The translations under genes and the position numbers were made by a program. A stretch of DNA of 64,000 bases. Source: Octopus sinensis (Eukaryota). Shown here in pieces: positions 49,976-63,922 of the stretch. Location: assembly GCF_006345805.1 (NCBI RefSeq), contig NC_043012.1, positions 19,840,001-19,904,000 on the forward strand, read 5' to 3'. Within the stretch, counting starts at the first letter, position 1. The number at the start of each line of letters is the position of its first letter. Under the pieces are notes generated by a model, which was given only the letters and a program-made list of their open reading frames with translations, did no database searches and had not been told where the DNA came from.

Positions 49976-52486
49976 AAATAGTGTTATTAGATATTGTATA
50001 CATAAATTATTTCATTAAAGTTGTATGAGAACTATTCAAAAACAAATACAACACATGCAAAAGGAAAACAAATCGTAAATACTCACCTCATTACAAACAC
50101 AGCAAATATCTTTTGAACGTTAAATACGTTAAGTAAAACTAGTAGTAGAAAGAATATATGTGGTTTTGAATAGAACACGAACGTTTATGTTCGAATAGTT
50201 CTATGCCAGTATTACCAAAATTTTATATCTGAACAAGTTTTGATAAGAACTCACTCGTAATTGGAGTTTTCCAACAAATATATGTAGCCTGTATGTATAT
50301 CAACAGCATAACAAATTGCCATAATTTCAATGACCATAAAACCATTAATGCCATTTTAATATACGGATATACGCTTCCTAATGGAAGAATATCAACCATC
50401 TAGATTGAGTTCAAAACGAAAGGTAACGTAGAGACTAGATCAAATTTATGTATGCGCGATGGAAGTTAATTATACTTCAAAAAATATATTTCGTTTAGAA
50501 AAAAACAAAAAGATAACTTGATTTGGTGTCAGTAACGATTAATAAGGAACCGAACATTCACTCAGTCCCAGCGAATATTATATTAATGATTGTGAGTCAT
50601 GGAGTTCATAAGTGTGAAATAGCTATCATATTTCATGTTTCGAGACGATCTTTTGCAGGTTGTATGTAGTCCGATATCTTTGAGTAGCGCATCTTCAATG
50701 GAAATTGCATAGCTTTCTTATGCACGCAGATTCCATAATTTTTTCATGAATAATGCGTTATTTTACCTTTATATGAAATTGTTGTGGATGTTATTTGATG
50801 TTAAATCACCTCTAAGTAGAAATATAAGCGAATCGAATCTTTTCCAGCAATGCTCCTCTGATTGGTTTAGGAAACGCATCATAAATATGACTGCATCATT
50901 CAATTTGTTCTGCATATTGAATGTTACATCTAATATTTACTACGGGTGTAGAACAAAACCGAGGTTTTACATGTACCTTGATATGTCTCCCTGATAACAA
51001 TTCTATGCATACATTTAACACAAATACATAGGCCAATGTATGTGAAGTGACGAAAAGTGTACAGCAAAATAAACTGGTTAAGAACTAGATATCAAACATT
51101 TGTTCCTTCACAGGTCTAATATATTAGAGGCCAGCATGCAAAATGGCTTCTGCATTGCCAAAAATGTTGGCGCTCGAAAATTCTTAGACTTTTGCTGGGT
51201 CGTCAATCACGAAGATGTTACTGTAACTATGGGCTCATTGTCAAACACCAACGGGGCCCAATAGCTTGTTGGTCTCGTTGAGACCATGATAATTTTCATT
51301 TACCCAAAGCACAAATCAGATCCAAATGTAATTTATGGAAATGAACAGAGGGAGGCAATAACAAGATGAGGAAACCGAGGACAAGAAACGAAATTTCAAA
51401 CACTGTGGCATATTTTTAGGTAAGAAAATTCAAAATAATTTATATTTCAAAATGTATATCGTTACGCAATGAAATGTATAAACATGCAGAATCTTGTTTA
51501 ATGAAATCATTGAATACAAATATTCAAAAATCTGTCTTATTTATACACAAATAAGTGTTTGAATACGTTTGGCAAATTTTACCATTACCTGCAAAACTGT
51601 CCGCAAGAGTAACAAAAATTTCAGTCTCAGTACGCATGAATCATGCGACACCTAATCAGTTCACAAAATACACTAGTAATTACAAAATATAATTATTGAG
51701 CAAAATCTCGTTGTTACAGTTTGAATCTATTTTAGAGGAACGACATAACTTTAAAGTAATTGAATTATGCTTGATGTCGTTCATCCTATTAATTGAATTA
51801 AGCTTTATTTTAGTACATTATTTACATATGATTTCCTAAATCATACAAACTCAGTTATTGTAGAGACTACAATTTGTTAAGAAATATAACTATCGTCCAT
51901 ATTGAAAACCATATGGTGTTAACTAACAAATACACTTGACTTGATGCTAAAAAATGTCAAATAAAATTATTACCTTGTTCAATTAGTCGCCATCGTGCAT
52001 GTGATAAAAGTGTAACGTAATTGTGATATTTGGAGGCGATTGCTAAAATACGAACACTACTTTCCCCTCCCTTTACAGTGCATGTATTCAGTTGTTGATT
52101 AAATATAATGCAAGTAAAAGGAGAAATTGTTAATTCACTAATGGTATTAAGAAACCGTGTATCAGACGGTCATGTATGGAACCAATCATTTACTCTCCAG
52201 CATGGTTATAATGCATCTGTAAAAACATTTATCTATGCAATTTATTTCTCGTTCTCCTTATACGATATTCACGCTGCATTATTCTATCTACCTACAAATA
52301 CACACATTGTACATACATGAATATCATCGTTTTCTATATCAACTCTTTTCTTGCTTGGAGATTAGACGGTCAATCTTTAAACGAGCATGATAATATTTTT
52401 TAAGATACTTTGTCAATCGTATGTAAAGGACCACTGTTAGCACTGTTAGCACATAAAACATCAATTTATATACATGTAAATATATA

Positions 52487-52525
<39 letters not shown>

Positions 52526-52806
52526 TAATATATATATAATATGAACATACACACACACATATATGAATATAATGTATATATATACATATATATATTTATA
52601 TCTATGTGGGTATCATTAGTTTATATATTTATACGTCAGAATCTACATGCTTGTGTAGAGCATTTAAATCAGTGAAAAACGTAAGTACGTTCATACCAAC
52701 TACATTTATATTTACAATCATATATTCGACATTTAACAAAGGCACCCTGCTGACAGAGATTTTAATGGCATAGACGTTTTAAATCATTTCTCTTGTTAAA
52801 AATTTA

Positions 52807-52865
<59 letters not shown>

Positions 52866-52869
52866 TATA

Positions 52870-53060
52870 AGGTTAATCCAAACGGGAAAACAGAAAAAAC
52901 AACAACACGTGGAACAATTACAGTATTATTATTATTAGGCGCTCAGGAAAATGGAAGAAGGAGGGTATGACGTTTCGAGCGGAGCTCTTCGTCGGAAACA
53001 TAGGAGAAAGAAAGATCCCGAGACGGGAGGACAGAGGAAAAACAATTGCAGGTAGTCTTC
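52870..53060 (-). mobile_element. PLE-type pLTR fragment with a minimal hammerhead (52965-52999)
   Basis: Minus strand: GTTT-CCGACGA-A-GAGC TCC GCTC-GAA-ACGT-C-ATAC; shares TTAGGCGCTCAGGAAA with 21016-21032. Confidence 0.65.
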
Positions 53061-53073
53061 ACGAGGTCACATA

Positions 53074-53133
<60 letters not shown>

Positions 53134-53134
53134 T

Positions 53135-53177
<43 letters not shown>

Positions 53178-53189
53178 TATATTTATGTA

Positions 53190-53768
53190 AAAATACAGTG
53201 TACATTTAAACACGTAAGCGATGACCAATAATAGGATATCTGGTTCGCTAGAAAGAGCAGTTAAAACTCCAATCCACTAATAGTTGCAATTCTGAAAGGG
53301 AATGAAAGTTAAAAACGCTTAGACAATTTTTCCTGGACTATGCATAGTTTCTGCAATCTTATATGAATTCATATAAAATTATCTTAATTTACATCTGGCG
53401 TTACTTCGTCAGCAGGATACCAGGGATCAATATAGACACTCAGCGATAAGTAACATGTCTCGTATCTCTATATGTTATAATTTTTACCAATCCTCCGTGC
53501 AAATGCAGAACTATCCGGCAGTAAATAAATTGCAAATTTTCTTCCAAAATTAGCCAAAAACCTTTTATCATTAACTAAACGTCTTATGGTAGTAAAAAAA
53601 TGTATCGAAAAACTCTTTGTTACCAGTGGTCTAGCGAGAAACCAAAATTTAGTCAGTAGACTATATATTATTCAAAGAAAAATACAGTGTACATTTAAAC
53701 ACATTAGAGATGACCAATAATAGGACATCTGACTCACTAGAAAGAGCAGTTAAAACTCCAAGCCACTA
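53190..53768 (-). mobile_element. PLE remnant: 90-bp direct repeats enclosing an endonuclease C-terminus and a hammerhead
   Basis: Repeats 53190-53279 and 53679-53768 (8 mismatches by eye); the minus strand has degenerate FCICTED (C.LC.EE-like) sequence; hammerhead at 53331-53417. Confidence 0.65.
53331..53417 (-). ncRNA. Type I hammerhead motif with 12-nt palindromic helix III
   Basis: TCCTG-CTGACGA-A GTAA...TTGC A-GAA-ACTATGCATAGT-C-CAGGA. Confidence 0.8.
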
Positions 53769-53908
53769 GAATATATATATATATATATATAATTATGTAT
53801 ATATGTATGTATATGAATGTGGATATATATATATATATGTGTATGCGCGTGTGAGTGTGTGTATGTTTATATGTGTATATATATATATATATGTGTGTAT
53901 ATGTATAT

Positions 53909-53970
<62 letters not shown>

Positions 53971-53976
53971 ATATAC

Positions 53977-54038
<62 letters not shown>

Positions 54039-55617
54039 TATATATATACATATACAAATTCAATACGTTTCTAAGAATTGAATTATTACTGCAGATAGGA
54101 AGCTGAAAGATAATGTTCGTATTTTATACATACGTGTTTATTTATTGAATTGACCTATCAATATCAGAAACAATATTCCTCTTTTTCATTCAGAGTTAAA
54201 TATTGGATATCTCTTGACTGACGGGTCACCGTTTCATATAAAGTGGAACAGCGAAGTGTATTGATAGCAGATTAGATTTAAATCATTAATTTTATTGAAT
54301 GATTTCCTGTGACAATAATTTAATACGCTCGACGATCAATGACTTTATTTAGCTTTCGTATTGTTCTCGCATGATAATATAATAAAGCTTGTATTCTTAT
54401 ATAAAATATGAACTATTTTCTATCGATTTTCATTTAAATATAAAAACATATATATAGACTTATTAATTTATAATACAAACGTTAAATTGGTTATTTCAAT
54501 GTCTTCAGCATCACAACAAAATTCAGATTTAGGCTAAATACTATAATTATGATAAAATATACGGTAGCAAACATTATTTTTGTTTAACGGTTCTTACACA
54601 TCTGCTACGTGAGTATAAATTTTAATCAATATTGTATGGTTGCGACAATTTATAAAATGAATTTCCTGTGAAGTAGTTTTGTAGAATTCTCGTCACATTT
54701 GACCAAGCAGAAAAATAGGTTAAAATGTGAAGAAATTCCACTACTAATTACAACATTTGAAACGACGGATCTAAAGCTCATTCGAGTTTCAATTTCTTAG
54801 ATTATCATAACTTTCTTAATTAATTTCGACGATACGGATTTACCATGTAGATCTGTATAAAAACCCACATTAGTTATCGGTTTTGAGGTTACAGGTATAT
54901 CTTTCAGAATACGATACGCCATGTATGTATATATACGAAAAACATATATATATGTATATCTATATGGCAATTTCTGTCGTTTTGTCTATGTGTTATGATT
55001 TTGTTGCCTACACCAGCGATCCAATTTTCTCGAAACTTTGCATACATGTTAAACTGACATCCAATTCAATTAAACTCGTGTTAAATTACCAGCAGGGTAA
55101 GGTTAAACTCGTGATTACCTGTGTGTACGTTTGTAAATAAGTGTGTGTTGGTGTGTGTGTGTCACGTCCTATAACTGTCTGTCTCTCTACCTTTGTATGG
55201 TCTTCCCTGTTGATGTCATATATTGTGAAATTATAAAAGTACGTCAGAATTTTCAACTTTGGTAATTTGAAATACTTTTAAACCATAAATCAAATTTTGT
55301 TATTTCTTACTTCCAGAAAATTTACAGACAAATGTTACTCAGTTTAACTTTTAATGAATACTCCTTAAACAGAGAACAAGATTTCGAAGCTCGCATATAT
55401 TATGCATGAAATATAGCATACTTCACGTTTTATACCTTGCGACTAAAGAGTCAATAGATGTACATTCTTGAATTTGAAGTGGCTTATGTGGGAAAATCTA
55501 ATTGATATAATCGATATCATGCCACATGTAAATATATAAATTTCAATTTGGTACTGTACAAATTTATTTCACACACACATACAAGCTGGTACGGAGGTGG
55601 AAAGAATAAATATAAGC

Positions 55618-55694
<77 letters not shown>

Positions 55695-55788
55695 TTGTAG
55701 TTGTTGTTCTTGTTATATACATGTATACACATATATACCTACACACATAGAAATATAGAAATATATATATGTAATATATATGTATATA

Positions 55789-55851
<63 letters not shown>

Positions 55852-58048
55852 GGTGAGAGGGATATATACAAATGCATATAAATTCGTGTGTTTGTATGTA
55901 TGTGTGTGTGTGTATAAATTTGAACCGTGAGTGTGTTGTAAGAACTCTAGATGGTCGATATTGTGGACACACATAAAACATTTCAGTCATCGTCAAGCGT
56001 TTCATAATTAAACCTAACGACTATTGGCATCAGTGGTTATGAAGTAAATTTGACTTTACATCATGGTTACATCAACAGTCCAGTGTTATAATGTTAGTGT
56101 ATACTTGTATGTGCAAATGTTACTACAGAGACATAGAATAAAATTGATGAACATACTTACACTCATAAATGATGGTATGTCGGTAAGCAATAAAATATTT
56201 ATCGACTACACACTGAATATCTAATTTTAATTATTATTTACTGTATCACTATAGATCCGTCATTACGTGGCTAGGTGAACGATATTAATGATGCGAATGT
56301 AAATCCCAAGTAATGTCGGCCGTGTGCATCCATAAGCTAATAATACAACGACTGCCTATATATATATAGTGATATGTGTGCATGATATGAAGCGTTTGAA
56401 AAGAGTGTTTGGTTTATTCATAGGGTACTTTCTCTCTCGGTCTCTTTCTCTCAGCGTGTATATGCGTACGATTATATTCACACACATGTATTCAAAGATT
56501 CATGAGCATTTTGTAAAATCAGTTAATTTAATAGGTATCACTTGGATAATCTTCTCCATTGTATCATAATCTCTACTGGTGTTATAGGCGTAAATACTCA
56601 ATTATTGATATAGACGTTTGCCAAATGCAATGTAATTAATTTGTCAACGTCATATGACAGATTGTATCACTGAATAGTCAAATTTCTTCCGTTTGGCTAG
56701 GGAAAATGCTATCGTCATAATGCAATTTCTGTGATATATTTATGAAGAACTGAAGTGACCATAACACTATAGAATAAATAAAGAATTAGCTTTATATCTA
56801 AGTTTCCCAGCAACTATCCCCTTCCGCATATTACTTCGTGTGCAAAAATATAAAGTAAATTATTCGTAGTTACACATAGGTACGTGAGTTATTGATGATG
56901 ACGCCTTCTCATTCGATCGGTTTTGTTTAAAAGCAAATTCTTTCTGTCACACGTATTATCTATTCTCAACAAAATAATGATTGGAATATCTTTGTGCTTG
57001 GGACTCCTCAATCTGAATTGTAAGGCCTAACACATATCCATTTATATTTGAACATACGCAAACTGTTCATTATAATGGATAAGCTCAGTAAAGTAAACTA
57101 TTGAGTTATACAGATAAATGTCGCCTAGTACCAGAAAAGATACATTATTCCATCTCCTTCAAATGCAGCGACTTCTACTAAGTCTAGACCCCTCCGTAAA
57201 ACAGCTTGGATATATACAAGAAAATCCAACATTATTTGAACTATCAAAATATGAAAGGAACGCTGTTTTGTTATTGCCTTTTTTGCTCAGTCTGAAATCG
57301 GAATTGAAATAAAGATGATCCCACCATATTTTACGCAGTGCACTATACTATGACTGTGAGAGAAGGGATTTGAAAGAATATGTGCGAAGTGTCGATTATG
57401 AGGCACGTGGCTTTATTCCTTGTAGAACGAGATATGTTTGTAAGACACCTCCCTTGATGAAACGACTGCAAACACCAGACTCTTTAGAGTTGTTTGTTCC
57501 AATGCTAATCCACGAGCTATTTAGTAGACGTAGACATGACATACACGGATTTTTCAATTTGCTCTCAAATGATCAGATTTCGATCGGAATATACAAGATA
57601 CGAGGCAATAATTTTAGGATTATCTTAGATATTTAGGTAACGTTACGTTGACAGACAGAGCGGATTGCCACAAGTGTGAACATTTTACGCAGTATCAGAA
57701 TCATTTTGGTTGAAAATTAAAGATACAATTGGCTACGAATTACTCAGACATTAACACAGCAAATTTTGTCTGTAATTTGAGAAGACTCTTACTGTTGTTG
57801 AAAAACTAATGGAGTGGATTTGGATATAAGATATTTTATAGTGATAAAATTTAGGCAAGTTCCTTTTGTTTAGTGATATCGTTCAAGATATAAGACGTAG
57901 ATGGGGATATTACTTAATCATCAACATATCATTCCGAACAATGTATACATACAAACATAACACATGCACACAGGCACAAACAGGCACATGCGCATAAATA
58001 CATGCATGTAAATGCACACACACATACGACGAGCTTCTTTCAGTTCCC

Positions 58049-58085
<37 letters not shown>

Positions 58086-58699
58086 ATTAGTTTTCTCTAT
58101 ATAGAGAAAGTACATTCAAAATAGTTTAGAAGTATTAAATCATATGATGTATAATAACTTCCCATATCGAATTACATACAAATTCATTCAATACCTATAA
58201 GTAATGTAAAATTTTGCTTTTTTTTAAACTTAGGTGTGATAATATCATATAATTAAATCAACTCTTTCGAAAATGTTAAGTATTTCAATCGCTGTCTTAA
58301 ACATACGCGTTATTACTTGGAAACATACACATATAATCATGGACCTTTCACACACCAGGAATAAAACTAAGATATATGTTATAGAAAAGGAATAATATTA
58401 CTTATTTTTATTTCTGCATAAATATTTATATCAATGTATATTTACATATATATGAGTGTGTCGGTATGAGCTAGAGGTTAAGCAACCATATGAGGGATAA
58501 TGAATATCCAATATACTACCTGACATATACCTAGGTATTTATATCCAAGTGGTTACTATTGCAGGGCAGTATCGCAATTCAATACTAGGTATGAGTGGAG
58601 GTAAAACAGATATTTACACAGAATTTATGAGACAAATAAGAAAATGGAGAGGATAATCAATCGATATAAATATATATATATGTGTGTGTGTGTGTATTG

Positions 58700-58957
58700 G
58701 AAGTCACTGGACCCTGTTATTTCCCCTACTGTCCCTCTCGCGTCTGACCACTGTCCGAAGTCAGGGCGCTGTGATATGTCTTTAGCTCCTACACGCATTT
58801 TTTTCTCTCCTTGTTTTATTCTGTGTATCTTTCTGTCGAAGAGCGTAGGCTCGGAGCGTAAAATACTTTTTCTATTTCTATACCTGAGCGCTATACTAAT
58901 ACATTTGTTTGTTTGTACTCCACCTGCCTTCGTCTTTTGTTTATTTTCGTAAACGTT
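58700..58957 (+). mobile_element. PLE-type pLTR fragment (family of 20950-21195), hammerhead core broken
   Basis: TCTTT-CTGTCGA-A-GAGC GTAG GCTC-GGAGCGT-A-AAATA; ends GTTCCCGT|TATATA. Confidence 0.7.
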
Positions 58958-59193
58958 CCCGTTATATATATATATATAAATATATATATATTTATATGTA
59001 TATGAATGTAAATGTATATAAGGACACAGGAAAATGTGTCAAAGTCATCAGGAGGCGTCGATGCTTCCTAGGGCTAAACAGCGGTGGTGTACCCCCTACT
59101 GTCACGTTCGTGTTAGATTGACAGTATACAACCATTCTATCGCCCCACCACCGTACATGTCTCTACGAGAGATTTAGAAATTTAGTATTTCTG

Positions 59194-59285
<92 letters not shown>

Positions 59286-59409
59286 TATATATATATACAT
59301 ATATATATATATGCATATGCATATGTACATCCACATATATCTAGACACACACACTTATATTATATAAATACATAACACCAGACAGGCATATATATATATA
59401 TATGTGTGT

Positions 59410-59452
<43 letters not shown>

Positions 59453-61384
59453 GTGTGTGTGTGTGTACGCCTCTGCGTTTTTCACACATATAAACAGAAA
59501 TGTTGGTGCAAAACTACTAACTGATGCAGAACAACACTCCAGTTTGATTCACATGCTTCTTGCATGGAAAAGGAAGATCTCTCTGCTTAGTGCCAATATT
59601 TTGAATTGAATCTGATTTTAAACCTATCCTTTAGATGTAAATATGTAGATATACAGTCCTGCATTATGTTTGCTTTTGGTATTGATATAAACGTGGCACA
59701 CAAGTATTACCAAATCTGGTACTTTTTGTCCAAACAATTTTGAGATTTCAGATACTGTGAACAAATGAGAATGCATAACAGACAGGGGCTTTGGTTATAT
59801 CATCAGTGAAACTAAAATCATATTTGAGATTCTTTGGCTAAGAGGCATGTATATTTCATAGCAGAAGGCAAATTAATGTGTCGAACAACGTTCACGAATC
59901 TATTTAAATACGTGATCCGAAATGCCATGTATTCCGTTGTTAGTCTCTTGTCAACAGTCTGTAACATTTTTCTAAACATAGGAATAAGTAATACAGTTGG
60001 TCGTATATTGTCTGGTTTAACATTTCTCAGATAATGGCAGCCTCCTAGGTGAGGTAGAACATAATGTTAACTACATTTGCAAGAATGAAGAGTAAAAGAA
60101 AGATCTTGTTGTACAATCTGCACACATTCTCCGATTTATTCTCATTCTAAATGTAAATGAAAAGAAACATTTAAATGACATATTATGCTTTATATTGATT
60201 TATATTGTTTTTCATTCAAATAGTTATATATTCTTAAACTTACTGAGAAACGTTCTTTTTTCAGATTTTAAATGCAAAATAACCTTTCAGTATGTCCAAT
60301 GAAAGATAGTTACACTTTGCTTTGACCTCTTATTTGTAAAAGAATGTTGAAACAATTTTAAAGCCTTTGTTATGTCAACTACAACCATCTCTATGTGCGC
60401 ATTGGTCCTTATTAAAATGTGGCAGTTCCGAAATTTTATTTAATCTGTTAAATTTAGTTGTGAACTGAAATTGCATGTGGTATAATAAGAAACACATACG
60501 GATATGTGCTGGTGTATAAATTTCTGATAGAATATTTTGTTTAATCTCTTCTTGAGAAAACGCAGAGATGATAGGTAGTCTTAAATTTACGTGGTTTCAT
60601 TTCGAGGCAATTCACATGATTCTATAATTAGTAACACTATAGTAGTCTTTCAGATTTTACAAAGACTGTGTTCGAAGTTTTTATTACAATCTGTAGACGA
60701 GGTATAATTCTTTGATTTGGATACATGGGCGGTTTTCTTTGATTTTAATTAATAATCATAGTAACGATAATGAATAGGATGATGATGATTGTGATGGTGA
60801 CGGTGGTGGTGGTGCTGGTAGTGGAGAAAATGATGAGAATGATGTTTTTAAGCATCAGCTGCAGTATCAAAAGTAGTAGTAGTAGTAGTAGTAACAACAG
60901 CAACAATAGTAGTTGTAGTAATCAGTGCCAGAGTGAAAACGGTATTCATAACTTTAGCTAAAATAGTGCGGTTATTGGAGTATAATTAACACAACGTATA
61001 GGAGGCTTGCTTTGAAAGCAGGTGGCTTCCAGTTCAGTTTAACAATGCAGGAACTTGAGCAGGTGTCCTGCCATTGCCTGAATAATAAATTTAATAGCCA
61101 AAGACTGTGTAGAAATAGTTCGTATATATATGCATATATACACAGGCATGATGAAAGTAAATACACACAAAATAAACATAGTGTTATGTTTATTGTAACT
61201 TATAAGGGTTTATATTTCTTATTAATTGGAATTCTTATGTGTCAGGTTCTATATATGACTTTTTAATCATGTCATATAAAAAAGAAGCATAGGAACTGTC
61301 TAAATTCCAAAGAAGCTCTATTGTAGGTCAATCTGAAGCTGGACATAGCGTAAAACCACAGAAAACCTTGGGATTCCGCTTTCT

Positions 61385-62010
61385 AGAGTTAACAACGTGA
61401 TTATGCAGTTCATCAGAGAGGAGAAGGAGGTCACATCACCTCGCCCAGATCAACCAGAGCCCTCTGACGGGATCTTTCGGATTGTTAATAGAAGTGTGGA
61501 GAATAATCTTCGTTGCAAAGCCTCTGACATTGCAGAACCAGTTGATGTGAGTTCCAGAACAGCTGGAACTCACATCACTTGGTTACTATGGCAGAGTAGT
61601 AAGAAGGAAGACACGTCTTCGAGCAGCCAACATCAAGCAGGGAAAGGATTGGATCATCAGTGAGAGGGTGCAGAGACCGCTGTCATTTTGGGACAAGTTA
61701 CATCCCCTCATGAGTCCAGATTTGCTGTATTTCCTGACAGTTGTCAAGTGTGGGTCTCGACACTCCGTGATCAAGAATTTGGTGCGAAGAGTTTGCAGCA
61801 AACAATGAAACACGCCAGAGATGCTGCAATGGTCTGTGGAGTAATTTGGAGCAATGGTTGATCAGAACTGGTGGAGTGTAAGGGAAACTTAAACTCATAT
61901 AAACATGAGTTAATATTGCAGAAAGGACTCTTTCCAATATTCTCCGTTGGTGAAATGTTAAAAGACTCTTCTTTATGGAAGATAAGGCTCCTTCCCACAC
62001 AGTTAAATGT
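61385..62010 (+). mobile_element. Tc1-type transposase fragment (N-terminus to second catalytic Asp)
   Basis: CKASDIA...VSSRT..LGYYGRVVRRK...SRFAVF...SLQQTMKH...AMVCGVIWSNG.SELVECKGNLNS...FMEDKAPSHT; same family as 41440-41935 and 40925-41332. Confidence 0.85.
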
Positions 62011-63061
62011 TCATATTTTAACAATTGATAAATAATTTGAATGTGTAATTTCAGTTTTAATTTCAAATTTTATGATTATATGCGTATCTATTTACTTCCG
62101 TCATGCCTGTGAATATATATATGTGCGTGTGTGTGTCCCCATCCGTTTCTGTATGTGTGTATATGTATGTGTATGTGCGCGCGTATGTGTGGGTGTATGT
62201 GCGTGTGTGTTACTGCGTCACACATACAAAGCCAGGTTTGTACAGATGCTGGTAACTTAGTTGATGGGTCAATGTTTCCGACGAAATATCCGTTAAGATG
62301 CTTCTCCACAATGGCTGCCGATCTGTGGTTGAAGCAAGTTAAAGATACATGATAAGGAAACATTATTTTTGATACTGAAATGCGTCACTATTTCACGTCA
62401 GATTACAAACTTCTTCAAGTTTCGTTTCCCATAGTAGATGTCAAAAATAGATACTACTTTCTCATTATCGTTTTCCAGTGTCGGATAAATAATGGATTAC
62501 AAGCTATTTATGGTTTGCACATAGCTCAGATAATGGAGGGATAGATATTTTCGAAAGCCAACAGAACGAATAAATCCAATCATGACGATACTCGTCACAA
62601 AAATTACATTATAATCTGAAATTCTTGACTTTAAGATCAAGAGATATTTCAAAATAGAACGGAGCGTATTTAAATTTAAAACTATTTACTTTCCTAAATG
62701 GAGGGTCTCTAATTCTCATATATATAGAGAGATATTTAGTGGAATGTTGCCACAAAATTGCGATTAAATGTACGACAGGTGAATCAATACACACAACTAT
62801 GTAATACCTTTGGCTTACCTTACAATTTCTGGCGTATATCTAGAAAGTTATTTCATTGTTTTAATCTGTACAAGCAAATTTCATTGATTTTATCACTAAC
62901 ATTCCAGAAATATTTTCGCGTTTATGTGTACAGAAATAAATGGTAGTCAACTGGATATGTGTATATAGGTGAAGCTATGTTGTTGTAAATGCATATTTGG
63001 ACTTATATTGCGTGCGTTTTAGAAAATGCTTACAGTATATCTAGGAATTACAGTCATGGCT

Positions 63062-63178
63062 TAGGCGCATGGCTCAGTGGTTAGAGCGTCGAGGTTACGA
63101 TCGTGAGATTGTGAGGTTGAATTCTCGGCCCGGGCGGCGTGTTGGGTTCTTGAGCAAGACGCTTTATTTCCCATCGTT
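63062..63178 (+). mobile_element. tRNA-derived SINE family 3 head
   Basis: AGGCGCATGGCTCAGTGGTTAGAGCG (A box)...GGTTGAATTCTC (B-box-like)...GTTCTTGAGCAAGACGCTTTATTTC. Confidence 0.8.
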
Positions 63179-63179
63179 T

Positions 63180-63274
63180 ATATTTGACGGATATTTGTCC
63201 TCATCTTCTTCAGGTGTCTTGGGGATAACCTGGATTCTCATTCCTAAGGTTTTCTTCGATCTTGTTGTTATTGT

Positions 63275-63308
<34 letters not shown>

Positions 63309-63807
63309 ATTGTTGTTGTTGTTGTTGTTGTTGTTGTTAACCACTACGCCATATGCCCGTGAGCAATTATGGAGGGAATTTTAGGGCTTATAAATCTAAT
63401 ATTTTTCTATCTTTCCTTATTACCAGTTCCCATATGCTGCACATATCTCCACTCGGTCTGCTTAGGAAGTTGTTGTGTCCAAGCATATGTGCTACTTCTT
63501 TTAGTTTTTGTATTTTCCATTCGTATTTTCCGTCTATTATTTTAACTTCATCCCACAGAGGGAGGTGGTCTCCATTTTTCCATACATGATCAGCTATACC
63601 CGATTTATCAATATCTCCTCATGTCACAGATTTGCGATGTTCGTCTACCATTACTTTGAGGTGGCGGCATGTTTCCCTGTGTATAACCTTCGACGGCTGA
63701 ATGGGATGGAGTACACTCAGTCTTTGGTCATATTTTCTTCTATTGTTGGTTTTACTCGGAGGTATTTTTGAAGTCCTGTATTCACATAGGGTAGACATAC
63801 TGTGGAC

Positions 63808-63841
<34 letters not shown>

Positions 63842-63888
63842 TAATAATAATAATAATAATAAAAAGTAAAATTAATAATAATAATAAT

Positions 63889-63922
<34 letters not shown>

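Noticed and set aside
57116-57640. Coding-like unique sequence with two short ORFs
   Set aside because: Stops in all frames and no recognisable family motif.
63062-63140. tRNA gene
   Set aside because: It has A/B boxes but no cloverleaf completion and continues into SINE body sequence shared with 17858-18065.
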